64,000 nt of DNA from Dipteris shenzhenensis (Eukaryota). Where the stretch lies: NCBI GenBank assembly GCA_047967505.1, contig CM106538.1, one strand, 5' to 3'. Under the pieces are notes generated by a model. That model was not told the DNA's origin, made no database searches, and was given only the letters and a program-made list of their open reading frames with translations. Shown in pieces: positions 1 to 13,013 of this stretch. Both the position numbers and the translations under genes were made by a program. How positions within the stretch are numbered: the stretch's first letter is position 1; each line of letters begins with the position of its first letter.

Positions 1-246
1 TTGGGCTCGGAAATTTGATGAGGAACATGGTGTTACCACTAAGCAACCCCGCTTATCCAATAACTCTCCTTGCAAATATTTTGGCGGAAATCATTCATCC
101 TTTCGGTGTTACAAGAGCGTTATGATCGCGAACGTACTCAAGCATATGCTGCTCAACAATAAGATGCCCATACACATCAAGAGGCAAATCATATCTGTTC
201 TGATGTCTCCCCAAAAAGGATACTTCATGTTCGAGATGGTTCCACT

Positions 247-3200
247 TTTATTGTTGATTCTAGTGCTATTGGTAATATGACATATCAATCATCTCAATGG
301 CTACATGATTATCATGCTCTTCCTCACAAGAAATTGGTTTATCTTGCTGATGACACTACTTGTCAAGTCATGGGCGTGGAGATTTATATCTTGGCACTTT
401 TTCTTCAACAAGAGTATTGCGAGGCATTCTCCATGTTCCAGATCTTCAGAGAAATCTTCTTTCTGTTGCACGACTTGTTGATCTCGGTCTCTTTATTGGC
501 TTTGACCACACACAGTGTCGGATTGAAAAAGATGGACATACCATAGTAGTTGCTCCTCGGAATGGTAACCTCTTTCAACTTTCCTTAAATGATGATATTG
601 CTAATGTGGTTACAGCCCCTGGTGATTTGGACTACAAGCTATGGCATCATCATTTTGTTCATTCAGATTTTGCCAAGCTACTTACTATAAATCATCATGA
701 TCTTGTGGATGGTATGAATCTCCCAGCTCGTCCTCACATGGGCCTATGTGAATATTGCGCTCTTGGCAAGCATCATCGAAAACCCTTTCATGCATCTACT
801 TCAACTCATTCACATGCTTTATTGGATCTTATTCACACTGATATATGTGGACCTTTTCCTCCATCCAAGTCTTTCTATAGGTATTTCATCACTTTCATTG
901 ATGATTGGTCAAGATATACAACTGCATTTCTCTTGCGACATAAGTCAGAGGCCTTATCAGTATTCAACCAGTATAAAACTGCTGCAGAACTTCATACTAG
1001 TTTTCGGATCAAGACCCTTCGTAGTGACAACGGTGGAGAATATATTTCTAATCTTTTTAATGATTATTGCATTGATTGTGGCATTCATCGTGAATATACT
1101 GTTCCATACTCTCCTCAACAAAATGCTCATACAGAGCATAAGAATCGCACTTCTCTTGATGCTATGCGATGTATGTTCCTTCATTCTGGATTATCTCGAA
1201 GCTTTTGGGTAGAAGCACTTTTGACAGCCATCTCTGTGCAAAATCATCTTCCTACAACTACACCTTCTGGTCAGATACCAATCACAGCTTGGATAGGGGA
1301 GACTCCTTCTGTATCACATTTTTAAACTTTTGGTTGCATTGCTTATATTCATGCACCAAAAGAGACACGGAAAAAGCTAGATCTTCCTGGCAAAAAGGTC
1401 ATATTCATTGGATATTCTCCCAATTTTAAAGGTTATAAATTCTATGATCCCTCTTCTAAGAAGGCTCGGGGGGGTCACTCATCATATGTAACCCTATCAC
1501 GTGAGTTCAACAGAAGGATATTTTTAATTCCTAAATTTCTCAAAAATTAATATACATAAGGGAGCATTTAAAATGAAACGTAAAAAAATTTACAGATTTG
1601 TATAGAAAAAGGGTACGTTTTATTAAGGAAAAATTTACAGATAAGGGATTTTACAAATAGGCCTCGAACGCACGTGATATAGAGGGTTCATACATAGTGA
1701 CCCCCCTGAGTAAGAAGGTGATAATCAATCGTGATGCCATATTCAATGAGCAGTTAATGGGAGGGGCATGGTCTAACGAGGATGCAGAGGACACTGAGTC
1801 CTTACTTTCTGCCTTTCCTTTTCTATTTGATACTGCTTCCACTTCTGATGTCATTACTACTCGTTCATCTGATGGCATCACTGCTACTACATCTATAGAG
1901 CAATGTGTTGACAATTTTGATTTGGATCCTACACATACACATGCCTCTGAGGATAGTGTTGATATTTATGTTGATCTGCCTATTGATTTTGAACATGGTT
2001 CTACTCATGATTGTGTTGATGACTTTGAAATCATTGATCATGCAATGGTTGCTCATGAAGACCCTACTACTTATACAGAAGCTATCTCTTCAGCACAAAA
2101 GAGTCAATGGAGAGTCAATGGCAAGAGGCAATGGAAGCTGAATATGATTCTTTGATCTCTAAAGGTACATGGGTTCTTACTGAACTACCTCCTGGTCGCA
2201 CTCCTATCAAATGTAAGTGGGTTTATAAAACCAAAACTAAAGCTAATGGTTCTTTTGACAAGTTTAAAGCTCGTCTAGTTGCAAAAGGATACTCACAAAT
2301 TGTAGGAGTTGATAATCATGAAACTTTTTCACCCATTGTTTGTAGCACAAGTATTCGGGTACTCTTGGCTTTTGCTACTCAATTTGATTTGGAGATTCAT
2401 CAAATGGATGTGAAAACTACTTTTCTTAATGGAGATCTTAAAGAGGAGATTTATATGGAGCAACCAAAAGGGTTCATACTTCCTAGTCAGGACCATCTTG
2501 TTTGTCGCCTTCATCGTGCTCTTTATGGTCTAAAGCAAGCTTCCCATTCTTGGTACATGAAAATTGATCAGTTTCTAACATCTCAAGGTTTCAACTCTTG
2601 TTTCTCTGACCCCAACTTATATGCCAAACATGATGGTGCTCTTTTTGTCATTCTTGCTCTTTATGTGGATGACACCATACTTGTTTCCAACAATCTTGAT
2701 TTCTTGCAACATGTTAAGAAAATCTTATCCTCAGCATTTGATATGGTTGATCTTAGTGACATTCATTCATGTCTTGGTATTCAAGTTCAGCGATTTCATC
2801 ACAAAGTAATTTTGCTACTTCGACAAATAAAATTCATTCAAGATGCAGTTCAAAAGTTTGGCTTGATGAATGCTCACTCTGCGACCACTCCTTGTCTTGT
2901 GAGCTCTGTCAAAAATACTCAATTGACTCATGATGTTGAGGTTTCACATCAACCTTATGCCAATCTTGTTGGTTGCCTACAATTTGTCAGTTTGAACACT
3001 CGACCAGATATTCTTTTTACTGCCAATTTTCTAGGTCAATATCTGGCTGCTCCCTCAATGCAACATTGGTCTGCAGCAAAACATGTTCTAAAGTGTTTGA
3101 AAGGCACTTCTGATTTTGGATTAGTTTATCAACGTCATACAGAATCATCTTCTGTGATGTCTCTTGATCTTTTGGGATATACAGATGCCGATTGGGCAAG

Positions 3201-3609
3201 CTCTCACTTCTCTATGTAGTCTACAAGTGGTAATTGCTTCTTGGTCAATAGTTGCTTGGCCTCTTGGGCAAGTAAGAAACAAAGTTGTGTTGTTGTTTCT
3301 ACCACAGAATCTGAGTATGTAGCGGCTTCTCTAGCAGCTCGAGAATTGGTTTAGCCACGATAATTGCTTGTAGATATTGGTCATCCTCCATCATCCAGCA
3401 CTCCTCTAAGATGTGATAATCAAAGTGCCATAAGTCTGGCTAAAGACTATGTTCAGCATAACAAATCCAAGCATATTGCTGCTCATTACCATTATGTCAG
3501 ACATGAAGTGAAGAAAGGGATGATAATGATTGAACATTGTCCCACTTCTCAGATGATTGCAGATATTCTCACCAAAGGACTTAGTGAGCCACGCTTCACA
3601 GTGCTATGA
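247..3609 (+). pseudogene. copia pol (PR-IN-RT-RH) with frameshifts, stops and a MITE insertion
   Basis: ORFs 360-1325, 2107-3219 and 3364-3609 carry successive pol motifs and are separated by stops and frameshifts. Confidence 0.92.
1465..1710. mobile_element. 246-bp MITE with 8-bp TSD
   Basis: Ends are CTCGGGGGGGTCACT and AGTGACCCCCCTGAG, an imperfect inverted repeat extending ~45 bp. TAAGAAGG is duplicated at 1457-1464 and 1711-1718. It interrupts the copia YDPSSKKVIINRD motif. Confidence 0.9.
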
Positions 3610-3819
3610 TCAGAACTTAGAGTTCTTGCAGCTTCTCTCTTCCAAGATTAACACACCTATGGGTGACCTTTTGTATATAAATGCACATCTGCATTACATA
3701 CTTGTAAATAATTGTACAAATGATCAACTTGTATACTTGTATATAGGAGCTCGGGTTTTTCCCTTATGCTCCCCAAGGGTTTTTTCATTCGAAGCTAGAG
3801 ACCTTTGTTTGAGTGGGGG

Positions 3820-3958
3820 TGTTAGAGCCATATATAGCTTGCCCTAACTTGACCTAGGTCTCACCTATATATATGTAACTAGTGATCAATATGAATCAGT
3901 CTTTGGGAGTCTATTTGGTGTGTCTATCATCTCTTCTTCTTCTTCTTCTCTCTCAACA
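3820..3958 (+). repeat. 3' LTR of the first copia (139 bp)
   Basis: Starts TGTTAG right after the polypurine tract GAGTGGGGG and ends TCAACA; gypsy-like sequence follows immediately. Confidence 0.75.
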
Positions 3959-4459
3959 CTTGCCATATGGTTCATGCAGCTCCTTAACTTGTACAGACCC
4001 ATCGCTATGTTCCTTGATGACTTTGTATGGACCGGTCCACAGTGGCAGAAACTTCTTATCCATTTGGTGGTCCAATGTGTTATCAAAGCATAGAACAATA
4101 TCCCCCTCAGCAAAGCATCTTTCCCATCCCTTGCGAATCTTAGCATCCAAGCGGGCCTTCTGTCGATTCTTTTGGATCTTTGTTTGGTGTAGTGCAAGGC
4201 ATTGGGTTTCATCTAGCTTCTCAAGTTGCACCAATCTGGCCTCTACATGTTCATCTTCTGTCATCCTCTGTTATTGTGCCAATCTCAAGGCCGAAATCTC
4301 TATCTCTAATGGTAAAACTGCCTCAGTTCCATACACCAACTCAAAAGGAGTATGACTTGTAGACGTTTTATGAGTGATGTTGTAAGCCCACATGGCTTCA
4401 GTGACCTTCTGATCCCACTGGCTCCTGTTTCCTGTGGCCATTTCTCCCATGGTTAACAC
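3959..4459 (-). pseudogene. Ty3/gypsy integrase C-terminal fragment
   Basis: WDQKVTEAMWAYNITHKTSTSHTPFELVYGTEAVLPLE and KFLPLWTGPYKV (GPY/F region); in-frame stop present; truncated on both sides. Confidence 0.88.
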
Positions 4460-4507
4460 CTATTTCATTAATTTTGGACTTTTTCTGTTGTTTTTGGATG
4501 AAGCCCA

Positions 4508-4610
4508 AAAATCCTTCCCAAATGAAAAGTTTACTTTGTGAAAATATCCTTCCCAAATCAAAATTTTACTTTCTGAAAATATTCTTCCCAAATCAAAAGT
4601 TCACTTTGTG
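4508..4610. repeat. three ~33-bp tandem repeats
   Basis: An AAAAT(A)TCCTTCCCAAAT(C/G)AAAA(G/T)TTTACTTT unit occurs three times. Confidence 0.7.
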
Positions 4611-5044
4611 GCACTAATATATTCACATAAAAATATTGTTTTTTCAATCTATACTTTTGCACCAACAGGCAAGAATTTGAAATAATCCTATATTAGAAAT
4701 TCTAGCTATATCTAAGTTATTTGTTAATTTAATTATTTTTAATATTTTTCCTTGATGTGATAAATTTATAAATCCATGAAAGGAGACTTAAATATTTCAT
4801 GAAAACAACATTGTCACTCGCAATATGCACAAAATTTTTAAAACTTTTAATAAATAGAAAAAAGACATGATGCCATAAGACCCAAGTTTTGTATTGAACC
4901 AAAGAGGTATAATAGCAATTATAGCTATTATTATATGATTACATTGAGAGACGTTGCTCTCAGCTAGAGTCTTTATATCCAAAATGATATAGATAGAACA
5001 TATGTTTACAATTTAAATTGTTGCTCTTAAAGAGCCTCAATTCA

Positions 5045-5430
5045 TGCCATCTGCAAAATTTGACTCCCCATTGTCTTATTGCTCAATGTCACGACAGTCC
5101 CTTGCCATGTGCCATCTGCATTAACTCCCACTTGTCTTGCCAAGCCTTGCCCCTTGGGTGCATTGACTCCCCATTGTCTTATTGCTCAATGTGATAGTCC
5201 CTTGCCAGGTGCCATCTGCATTAACTCCCTATTGTCTTGCCAAGCCTTGATCCTTGGGTGACATCCAGTGCAAAATACACGTGCCATCTGTATTAACTCC
5301 CACTTGTCTTGCCAAGCCTTGCCCCTTGGGTTCTCTTATTGCTCAATGTGATAGTCCCTTACCAGGTGCCATCTGCATTAACTCCCTATTGTCTTGCCAA
5401 GCCTTGACCCTTGGGTGACATCCAGTGCAT
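5045..5430. repeat. composite short tandem repeat
   Basis: Recurring GTGCCATCTGCATTAACTCCC, TTGTCTTGCCAAGCCTTG and CTTATTGCTCAATGT modules. Confidence 0.75.
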
Positions 5431-5725
5431 ATTTTGACTCTCATTTGACATAGGAGGTGATGACTCTGATTATAATTGTCTTGAATTCGCTTCTTGCCTA
5501 GTACCCAAATAAAATCCTTCAATGGACTTCAATACAAAGCTTTAATCATGGACATTCTTCATTTGCGCTGTCTCCTTCTACTTCCTCCATGGCGAGCATC
5601 CTTAAAAATTCGTGTATATGCAAAATACTTTGCTGTGGTATTTTTATTTTTCCTTCTACCTCATATCCCATGCGCTTCTTTGATTTCTTTGCCCTTGAAT
5701 GCCAAGACACTATGATTGTCTCTGT

Positions 5726-6653
5726 TAGGTATGTTATCTGACCAAGTACTTATCGAATGGGTGTGCGGCTTTGAGAACATTTCAATACCACCTAGGTTAA
5801 GGTGTAGGAAAAGTATTGTGCCCATGGGATATGCTTTGCATGGTCGATCGAGCATTAAATACCATTTTTGCCTTAGTGTCATGCACATCTGTAACAAAAC
5901 ACGCTACTAGGTGTGTTATCCGATCAAGTACTTATGTGATGGGAATGCCACTTTGCATGTAATTCAATTCCACCTAGTTTAAGGTGTGTGCAAAGTATTG
6001 TGCCCATCGGATATGCTTTGCATTATCGATCAAGCATAAAACACCGTTTTTGCCTTAGTGTAATGCACAACTATATAAAAACGCGGTCCTAGGTGTGTTA
6101 TTCAAACAAGTACTTATCAGATGGGGGCTCCACTTTGCATGCAAGTATCTTTCAACTAGTTTGAGGTGCATGAAAAGTATTGTGACCATTGGATATGCTT
6201 TGCATGGCTGATCACGCATTATACATCGTTTTTCCCCTAGTGATATGCACATCCGCAAAAAAACACGCCCTTAGGTGTGTTATCTGGCCAAGTATTTATC
6301 GGATGGGTGTGCCTCTTTAATAACATTTCAATACCACCTAGGTTGAGGTGTAGGAAAAGTGTTGTGCCCATCCGATATCCTTTGCATGGTCGATCCAGCA
6401 TGAAATACTATTTTTGCTCGTGTCGTGCACCATTCATAAAAAATCACGCTGCTAGGTATGTTATCCGATCAAGCACTTATGGGATGGGCGTGCCACTTTG
6501 CATGTAAGTCAATTCCACCTAGTTGAAGGTGTATGCAAAGTATTATGTCCATCGGATATGCTTTGCATTGTGGATCAAGCATAAAACACCATTTTTGCCT
6601 GTGTCATGCACAACCATATAAAAACATAGCCCTAGGTGTGTTATTCAAACAAG
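5726..6653. repeat. ~181-bp satellite, left part, with 3-monomer (~545 bp) higher-order periodicity
   Basis: TAGGT(G/A)TGTTAT starts at ~5727, 5908, 6090, 6272, 6453 and 6633. Variants TATCTG, TATCCG and TATTCA alternate. The array is cut mid-unit by the transposon. Confidence 0.93.
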
Positions 6654-6750
6654 GGGAGGTAGCAAGCTAAGGGTGTCCACTTCCGGACCACTTTCGGGTG
6701 AGTGTGACACCCGCTCGAGTGAAAATACAAAGGTTTTGCTTCGGTCTCCA

Positions 6751-7440
6751 ATACCTCGATCGAGGTATAAGCTCCAATGAAAATCACACACGAGCACAAC
6801 CGAGCCTAGCCAATACCTCGATCGAGGTACGTAGCTTTTTCACCGGACCGAGCCTCTACCTCGATCGAGGCTTGCTAGCAAGCCAGCTATACATGCCACA
6901 TCTACCTCATTCGAGGTATCGTGGCAATCCAGCTCAACCTCGATCGAGGTCAGGTGGCATGTCCAGCATACCTCGATCGAGGTATGTGCCATCCGACAGG
7001 GCAGCCAACAGGGCGGATGACATACCTCGATCGAGGTATGCTGGACACATGACTTGGCATCCCGCTTCTGCCAACACACCACGATCGAGGTATCGTGGCA
7101 TGTCAAAACCTCCATCGACGTGGACGTACCGAGATGTATGGGCATGTCACAATACCTCGATCGAGGTATCGTGGCATGGCAATACCTCGATCGAGGTAGA
7201 TGTACAGAGATGTATGGGCATGTCAAGAATACCTCGATCGAGGTATCGTGGCATGCCAACGAGATGTATGGGCATCTCAAGAATACCTCGATCGAGGTAT
7301 CGTGGCATGCCAATACCTCGATCGAGGTAGATGTGCCGAGATGTATGGGCATGTAAAGAATACCTCAATTGAGGTGGCTAAACCCTAATTTTTCTTATAA
7401 AAGGAGAGCGACCCCCTCATTCCGCATACCTCGATCGAGC
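6751..7440. repeat. subterminal array of the palindrome ATACCTCGATCGAGGTAT (~15 copies)
   Basis: Perfect or near-perfect 18-bp palindromes spaced roughly 30-65 bp apart; the spacers resemble one another. Confidence 0.92.
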
Positions 7441-7560
7441 TCTGCCTCATCCACCGATTTCGGATTTGCCGGACTTCGACGGAATTGCGCGAGCGACGGA
7501 GAGCCACGAACGGACATCGACGGAGATGGACGGAGCAGGAGCGGGAGAGTCCAGGTAGGG
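7378..7560 (+). promoter_or_regulatory. putative promoter and first exon of the RING cargo gene
   Basis: Telo-box-like AAACCCTAA, TATA-like TTATAAAA and a GC-rich segment, then donor-like CCAG/GTAGGG at ~7555 followed by an abrupt AT-rich tract. Confidence 0.45.
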
Positions 7561-8852
7561 TTTTTTTTAATGTAGCATTTTCTTTTATGTAGAATTTGAT
7601 TAAATTTTAGTTTATAAGAAAAATTATAAAATGCATTTTAATGTTTTTCTGAAATTTATGAATTACGAGATTTTTTATTTAAAATGTGAAATTTTTTTTT
7701 TTTTTTTAAATAGAGCTTTTTTTAGTAAATAAAAAAACGTTCATATTAATAATTATAAAATATTTATAAATTTGAAATGTATTTGTAAATGTTTTTTTTT
7801 AATTTTTAAATTACGACATTCATAATTTAAAATGTGAAAATTTTAATTTTAAAAAACGTAATTTAAAATTTTAGTTTATAAGAAAAATTATAAAATGCAT
7901 TTTAATGTTTTTCTTAAATTTATGAATTACGAGATTGTTTATTTAAAATGTGAAAATTAAATTTTTTTTTAAATGGAGCTTGTTTTAGTAAATAAAAAAA
8001 GTTCATATTAATAATTATAAAATATTTATAAATTTGAAATGCATTTGTAAAATTTTTTTTAATTTTTAAATTATGACATTTATAATTTAAAATGTGAAAA
8101 TTTTAAATTTAAAAAACGTTTAATGAGGCATTTTTTATTCAAAATGTGAAAATGTTAAATATTTCTGTTTTTTTTATGTAGCATTTTCTTTTTGGTAGAA
8201 TTTAATTAAATTTTAGGTTAAAAGAGAAATAATAAAAATTTTCTAAATTTGAAATGCAATATAATGTTTTTTTGAAATTTATGAATTACGACATTTTTTA
8301 TTTAAAATGTGAAAATGAAATTTTATTTTCAAAATAGAGCTTTTTTAGTAAATAAAAAAACGTTCATATTAATAATTATAAAATATTTATAAATTTGAAA
8401 TGCATTTGTAGATTTTTTTAAAATTTTTGAATTAGGACATTTATAATTTAAAATGTGAAAATTTAAAATTTAAAAAACGTTTAATGAGGCATTTTTTATT
8501 CAAAATGTGAAGATGTTCTATATTTCTGTTTTTTTTATGTAGCATTTTCTTTTTGGTAGAATTTAATTAAATTTTAGTTTATAAGGAAAATTATAAAAAA
8601 TTTCTAAATTTATAATGCATTTTAATGTTTTTTTAAAATTTATAAATAACGACATTTTTTATTTAAAATATGAAAATGAGATTTTTTTTTTTAAATAGAG
8701 CTATTTTTATTAAATAAAAAAACGTTCATAGGAATAATTATAAAGTATTTATAAATTTGAAATGCATTTGTAAATTTTTTTTTTATTTTTGAATTACGAC
8801 ATTTAAAATTTAAAATGTGAAAATTTTAAATTTAAAAAACGTTTAATGAGGC
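7560..8852. repeat. very AT-rich degenerate tandem repeat (probable intron)
   Basis: Recurring TTTAAAATGTGAAAA, ATAAATTTGAAATGCATTTGT and AAAAAACGTT blocks; mirrored at ~24000-25540. Confidence 0.8.
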
Positions 8853-11024
8853 ACAAGACTCGCTCGACTTATCAAATTAATAAGACATTTTGTATAAGAC
8901 TCGCTCGACTTATCAAATTAATACACAAACATAAACCTACTAGTCAACTATTGGAGTTGGACATTAAAGATTGACTAGTGACATGGTTGGTGACCAAAGC
9001 TTGAAGTTGACTAGACACTTTGGGACAAGCAAGTTCTTTAGAAGGAAACTAGGTTTAAGCTTGGGTAATCATCCCTAATATATTGTAAAATTACTAATGA
9101 TAAATCATCCTTTAACTATTTGGCAATTAGTAAGGATCGATTCTACTAGGAAATATGTTGAAGGCATATGTCCCCTATTAGTCAATAGATTGATTAGACT
9201 AAGCATGCATGATAAGGCTATAGCTTGGAAATGCCTAGATAGTGGCTTAGTCCAAATCTTCAATATCCCTTAAGAAGACATGAAATAGTGGCTTAGACCT
9301 TAAGAAGACATGGAATAGTTTGCAAATGTCTAATTCTTCTAAGTTATGCATAGACTCTAGCATAACTGAAAAAAGAATATTACAAGATTGAGAATATTTG
9401 GATGGGTCTTCAAGAACTCGAATATTACGGTCTGTGCCTATAAACTGTTTCAGATTCTTATGCTATCACTATGGCATGCTTTAGATCTAGCACTTTGATC
9501 ATGTTTGTTGTCTAGTTCCATAATTCATCTACTTCTCTTATATGTATAAGAAGAAAGAAATACGCCATAGAGAAATTGAAAGTTTAACTAGAATACCTAA
9601 CATTCATTGCACATGGGACTCTAGTGGATCTATATTCATTCCACATTCATGCTAATATATGCAAGTGTTTTGATCAACTATAGACCTAAGTTCAAATAGA
9701 GCCTGTTAATGACTGAATCTCTCCTAATCATCCCTTAATGATCATCTCATGATCATAGATAAGAGACTTAAGAGAGAGAGAACTCCATAACCTTCAAGAG
9801 TCGACATTTGAAGCATCCCATTCCATGTTGTTTGCTACATGGCAGCTTGCCATGTGGCACACATACATCCCTTTTTGCACTGTAGGGAAACCTATGACTA
9901 ATGTTAACAACATTTATCTTGTCTTTTACAAATGACTAAGATGTTTTCCCAAAAAGACTTTGTAACAATAATCACGTGAACCACCTCATAACCAAAATAG
10001 TGCGGATGCTACATATCTCCTTTCCCTCGTTGAAACTATGTCACACATGGAATGTCAACCACATGCTCAAGGAATTATATGCTAGTTTCATTGTAAGCAA
10101 GGGTGGTCTCTTTCTTGCTAGTCCAACCATAGGCAACGGTGACGCTTATTACTTGAGCTCAACCAAAATTAACATTAGTTATCGTATGCAACCCTTCCCA
10201 TTGCATAGGGACATCCAAGGATTTAATTTTCAAAGTTTTTGAATCCTCTTCTAGGGATCTTGTGCCCTTTGTTGTTGCTACGTATGTGGATGATCTCATT
10301 CCAAAACTATTTTTACAACTAGAAGTCGAGTGACTCTTATACAAAATGTCTTGAACCAAGTGATGATCTATAGGAATGGCCACTAGTTGAGGTGGATTGC
10401 CCAACCAAAATAGATAATATTGAAAAGGCTTAATTATTTTCTCAAAGTTCTCGCTTTAAAAGGTCTGTAGTGTGAACCCGCTCTCTTTTTTAATGTGTAG
10501 TCCGAGAAATACTAGATGCGCCTTGCTTGTGTATTGTTCAAAGTAATGTATTAGGTATCCTTCTATCTCCTCCATATCTATTGCAAACCCAAGGCAGTAA
10601 AGCATTCAAAGAAGGTCTTATTAACCAAACCTCTCCACTATCTGTCCTTAGTATAGGGGCCATTAGTGGACAATGTGGTCCTTACACCACATGTGGAAAA
10701 CTTTCATATTGGATAAAAAGTGAAAAAAGGGAAACATATAAGGAGAAAATATTTGAGACATCTAAGTTTTAAAATGCAATGACTAGAGTGAAAAAATTCT
10801 AATCAAAATTAAGAATTATTAATAATATTGATTAATATTGAGCCACACATTTGGCCCATCTATCGGTAGGTGCATAGGATCTACCTCATCAAGGAGTACG
10901 TACAAATAGTTTTCATTACGTAAATAGATTATAAGTCATATTGAATAGAATATTATTTTCATTACCCAAATAGAATATTAATTTCCATGTGTTTTTTTTG
11001 TGCATGTGCCAGCCCAGCGCACAG

Positions 11025-11374
11025 GTTCTAGCACCACTATTTGTATGCAGATAGAGATGCTGAGAGCTTAGATGAGGGCACTGCAGGATGCTAGGGCACC
11101 CCCTGACTTGGTTGCGAGCCTGGATTCAGTTATTGAGGCTCTGAGTCGATTGGACACAGTTGAGGACGTTGTGGATAGCTTTCAGGCACAGGCCGAGGCG
11201 GAGATCACTGGTGGTGGCTTGGATTGGAGAGCCATTCGACAGTTGTTTGAGCGGGAGTCACATCACAGGGAGGCCTTGGACGACATGTTTTGGGATGGTC
11301 ACACCGAGGCGATGCGACCACGATCAGGGCTCCCCTTGCATATTTTATGGTGTAGGCACCCCATCATAGCAGCA
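11025..11374 (+). pseudogene. RING cargo gene of the outer copy, 5' part, interrupted by the nested insertion
   Basis: Near-identical to the reverse complement of 21838-21490. The frame ...HPIIAA resumes as HIYPRYL at 26450. Extra TAG at ~11068. Confidence 0.85.
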
Positions 11375-12643
11375 GGGTGGAAGCAAGCTAAGGGTGTCCA
11401 CTTTTTGTTCACTCCCCAATCCTAAGGAGGTGGAAAAACAAGCTTTTTAGCACACAAAAATGCAAATCTCATCTACTTCCCTATGGATCTAGTCTTTGAA
11501 GTCTTCTGACACAACATCACAGTTGCTATTGTGCACGCAATCGTATAGTCTGATCGAAAATTCGATGCACACACAAAAAATTTCTTTGTGTCACACGGCA
11601 TGGTTCCAGGGTGGTCACACGTTTGTCACGAACAAAGAGTGTCATATAAAATTCTAAATTTCTCACTCATTTTAGATTAAATGTTATTAAAACTTTGTAA
11701 GTGGTCTCTTTGCATTATGTAGAGCTTAACTTGATTTATTGGTAATTTTTTGAATGATTTATCTAATTATAAATAATTATTTATAATAAATAAAGTCATA
11801 AAATACATGCATTTTAGTAGCACACCACATTTTTTTAGTATTTTGAATAATTAAGCAAATCCAATTCGGTGGAAGGTTGGTAGGCACATAAGGGTGTGTG
11901 GTTGAATCATCAAATCCCAAATCCAACGGTTAGATTTAGGAAGATTGAAGTTTAATTTTTACTTTTACTCCTCAGAGGATCAACAAAGAATATTAAAAAT
12001 AAATCTAGTAATTCTCAAACATAACCAAACATTTCAAAAATGTCAATATTTTTAGTCCTCTGCATGATGAATAAGAGGAAAAAATTTTGGTTAAATTTGA
12101 GCAAGGGAAACGTACGATATGGCCTCCAAGAGTGAAATCTCTCTTTTGTGGGTGAAAAAGGGCCACCCAAGCCTAATACCAAGACAAGGTAGGCTTGGTA
12201 TTAGGCTTGGTGAGGTAGGCTAGGAGCATCACCGATCCTAGTGGCAAGCCTTTGGAGTCTGCATGCTGCCCATGTGGAAGGCTGAGTCATCAAAACCATG
12301 CCACGTTGTTAGACCACGTGGTGCCATCTCATCAAGCAGATGTGACATCACTCCTTGCCATGTCACCTTACATTGCCACACGTGCTGCCACATGTGCCAC
12401 CTCATCATTCCACATCATTTGCCATGTGATCACACAATGCCACCTTGGCATACCTCCTCTCCTGGCCACGTCACCAATCCCTCCACCTCAATTTGCCATG
12501 TCATCTACCACCTCATGAATGCCAACTCGTCATGCCCAGTACCACATCATGACCATGCAGGAAGAGACTATATCACCACATCATGACCATGCATGGTGCC
12601 ACATCAGCCAGATGCATACACATGACGATGTGCGATGCATACA

Positions 12644-12784
12644 ATACCTCGATCGAGGTACATATGATGGGTGAGGCATACATTACCTCGTTCGAGGTAT
12701 GTGACCGAGGAGACATACAGATACCTCGATCGAGGTTCATACATACATGCATGCGCAATGCACTAAATACCTCGATCGAGGTAT
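12644..12784. repeat. four ATACCTCGATCGAGGTA-type palindromes upstream of the transposase
   Basis: Copies at ~12644, 12684, 12721 and 12767; TATA-like CTATAAG at ~12919. Confidence 0.88.
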
Positions 12785-13013
12785 AAGCTCTGATCGCGGC
12801 TCTGGGCATAGCAGACCTCTCCACCAAAACTAAGCCAATTAGTATCAATCTTAGCACCTCTCCACCAATAATAATGAAGAGCAATCTAAGAGCAATCTAG
12901 TGGATGAGTTGAGGCTCTCTATAAGACACCACGTTTTGGTTCATTTCACCCATTCTTAGCCATTCTTGCCTCCTCATCACTTTGTCACACCTTCCATCCT
13001 ACTTTCATTGAGA

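Larger units (their letters stand above)
1..3958 (+). mobile_element. Ty1/copia LTR retrotransposon, degenerate, 5' end outside the window
   Basis: Copia domain order: degenerate zinc knuckle (~70-110), protease FIVDSSAIGNMT (~247-282), integrase (LDLIHTDICGP, LRSDNGGEY), RT (KARLVAKG, QMDVKT, LYVDD), RNase H (YTDADWA, CDNQSAI, ADILTK). PPT at ~3810-3819, then the 3' LTR. Confidence 0.95.

Noticed and set aside
4456-4620. Left terminus of a large element hosting the satellite and ULP gene
   Set aside because: The gypsy fragment ends abruptly here and short repeats follow, but no matching TIR or TSD is visible in the window.
6651-6656. 2-bp TSD (AA) with GGGG termini
   Set aside because: The inner insertion is unambiguous for GGG termini and a 4-bp TSD (AGCA), so CAAG is the consistent reading.
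6698-7388. ORFs with PRSR / TSIEV / YLDRG repeats (also 25486-26541)
   Set aside because: They are translations of the palindromic DNA repeat on both strands.
6751-7440. CRISPR-like array (palindromic repeats with 15-45 bp spacers)
   Set aside because: The spacers resemble each other and vary in length, there are no cas genes, and the context is a eukaryotic transposon end.
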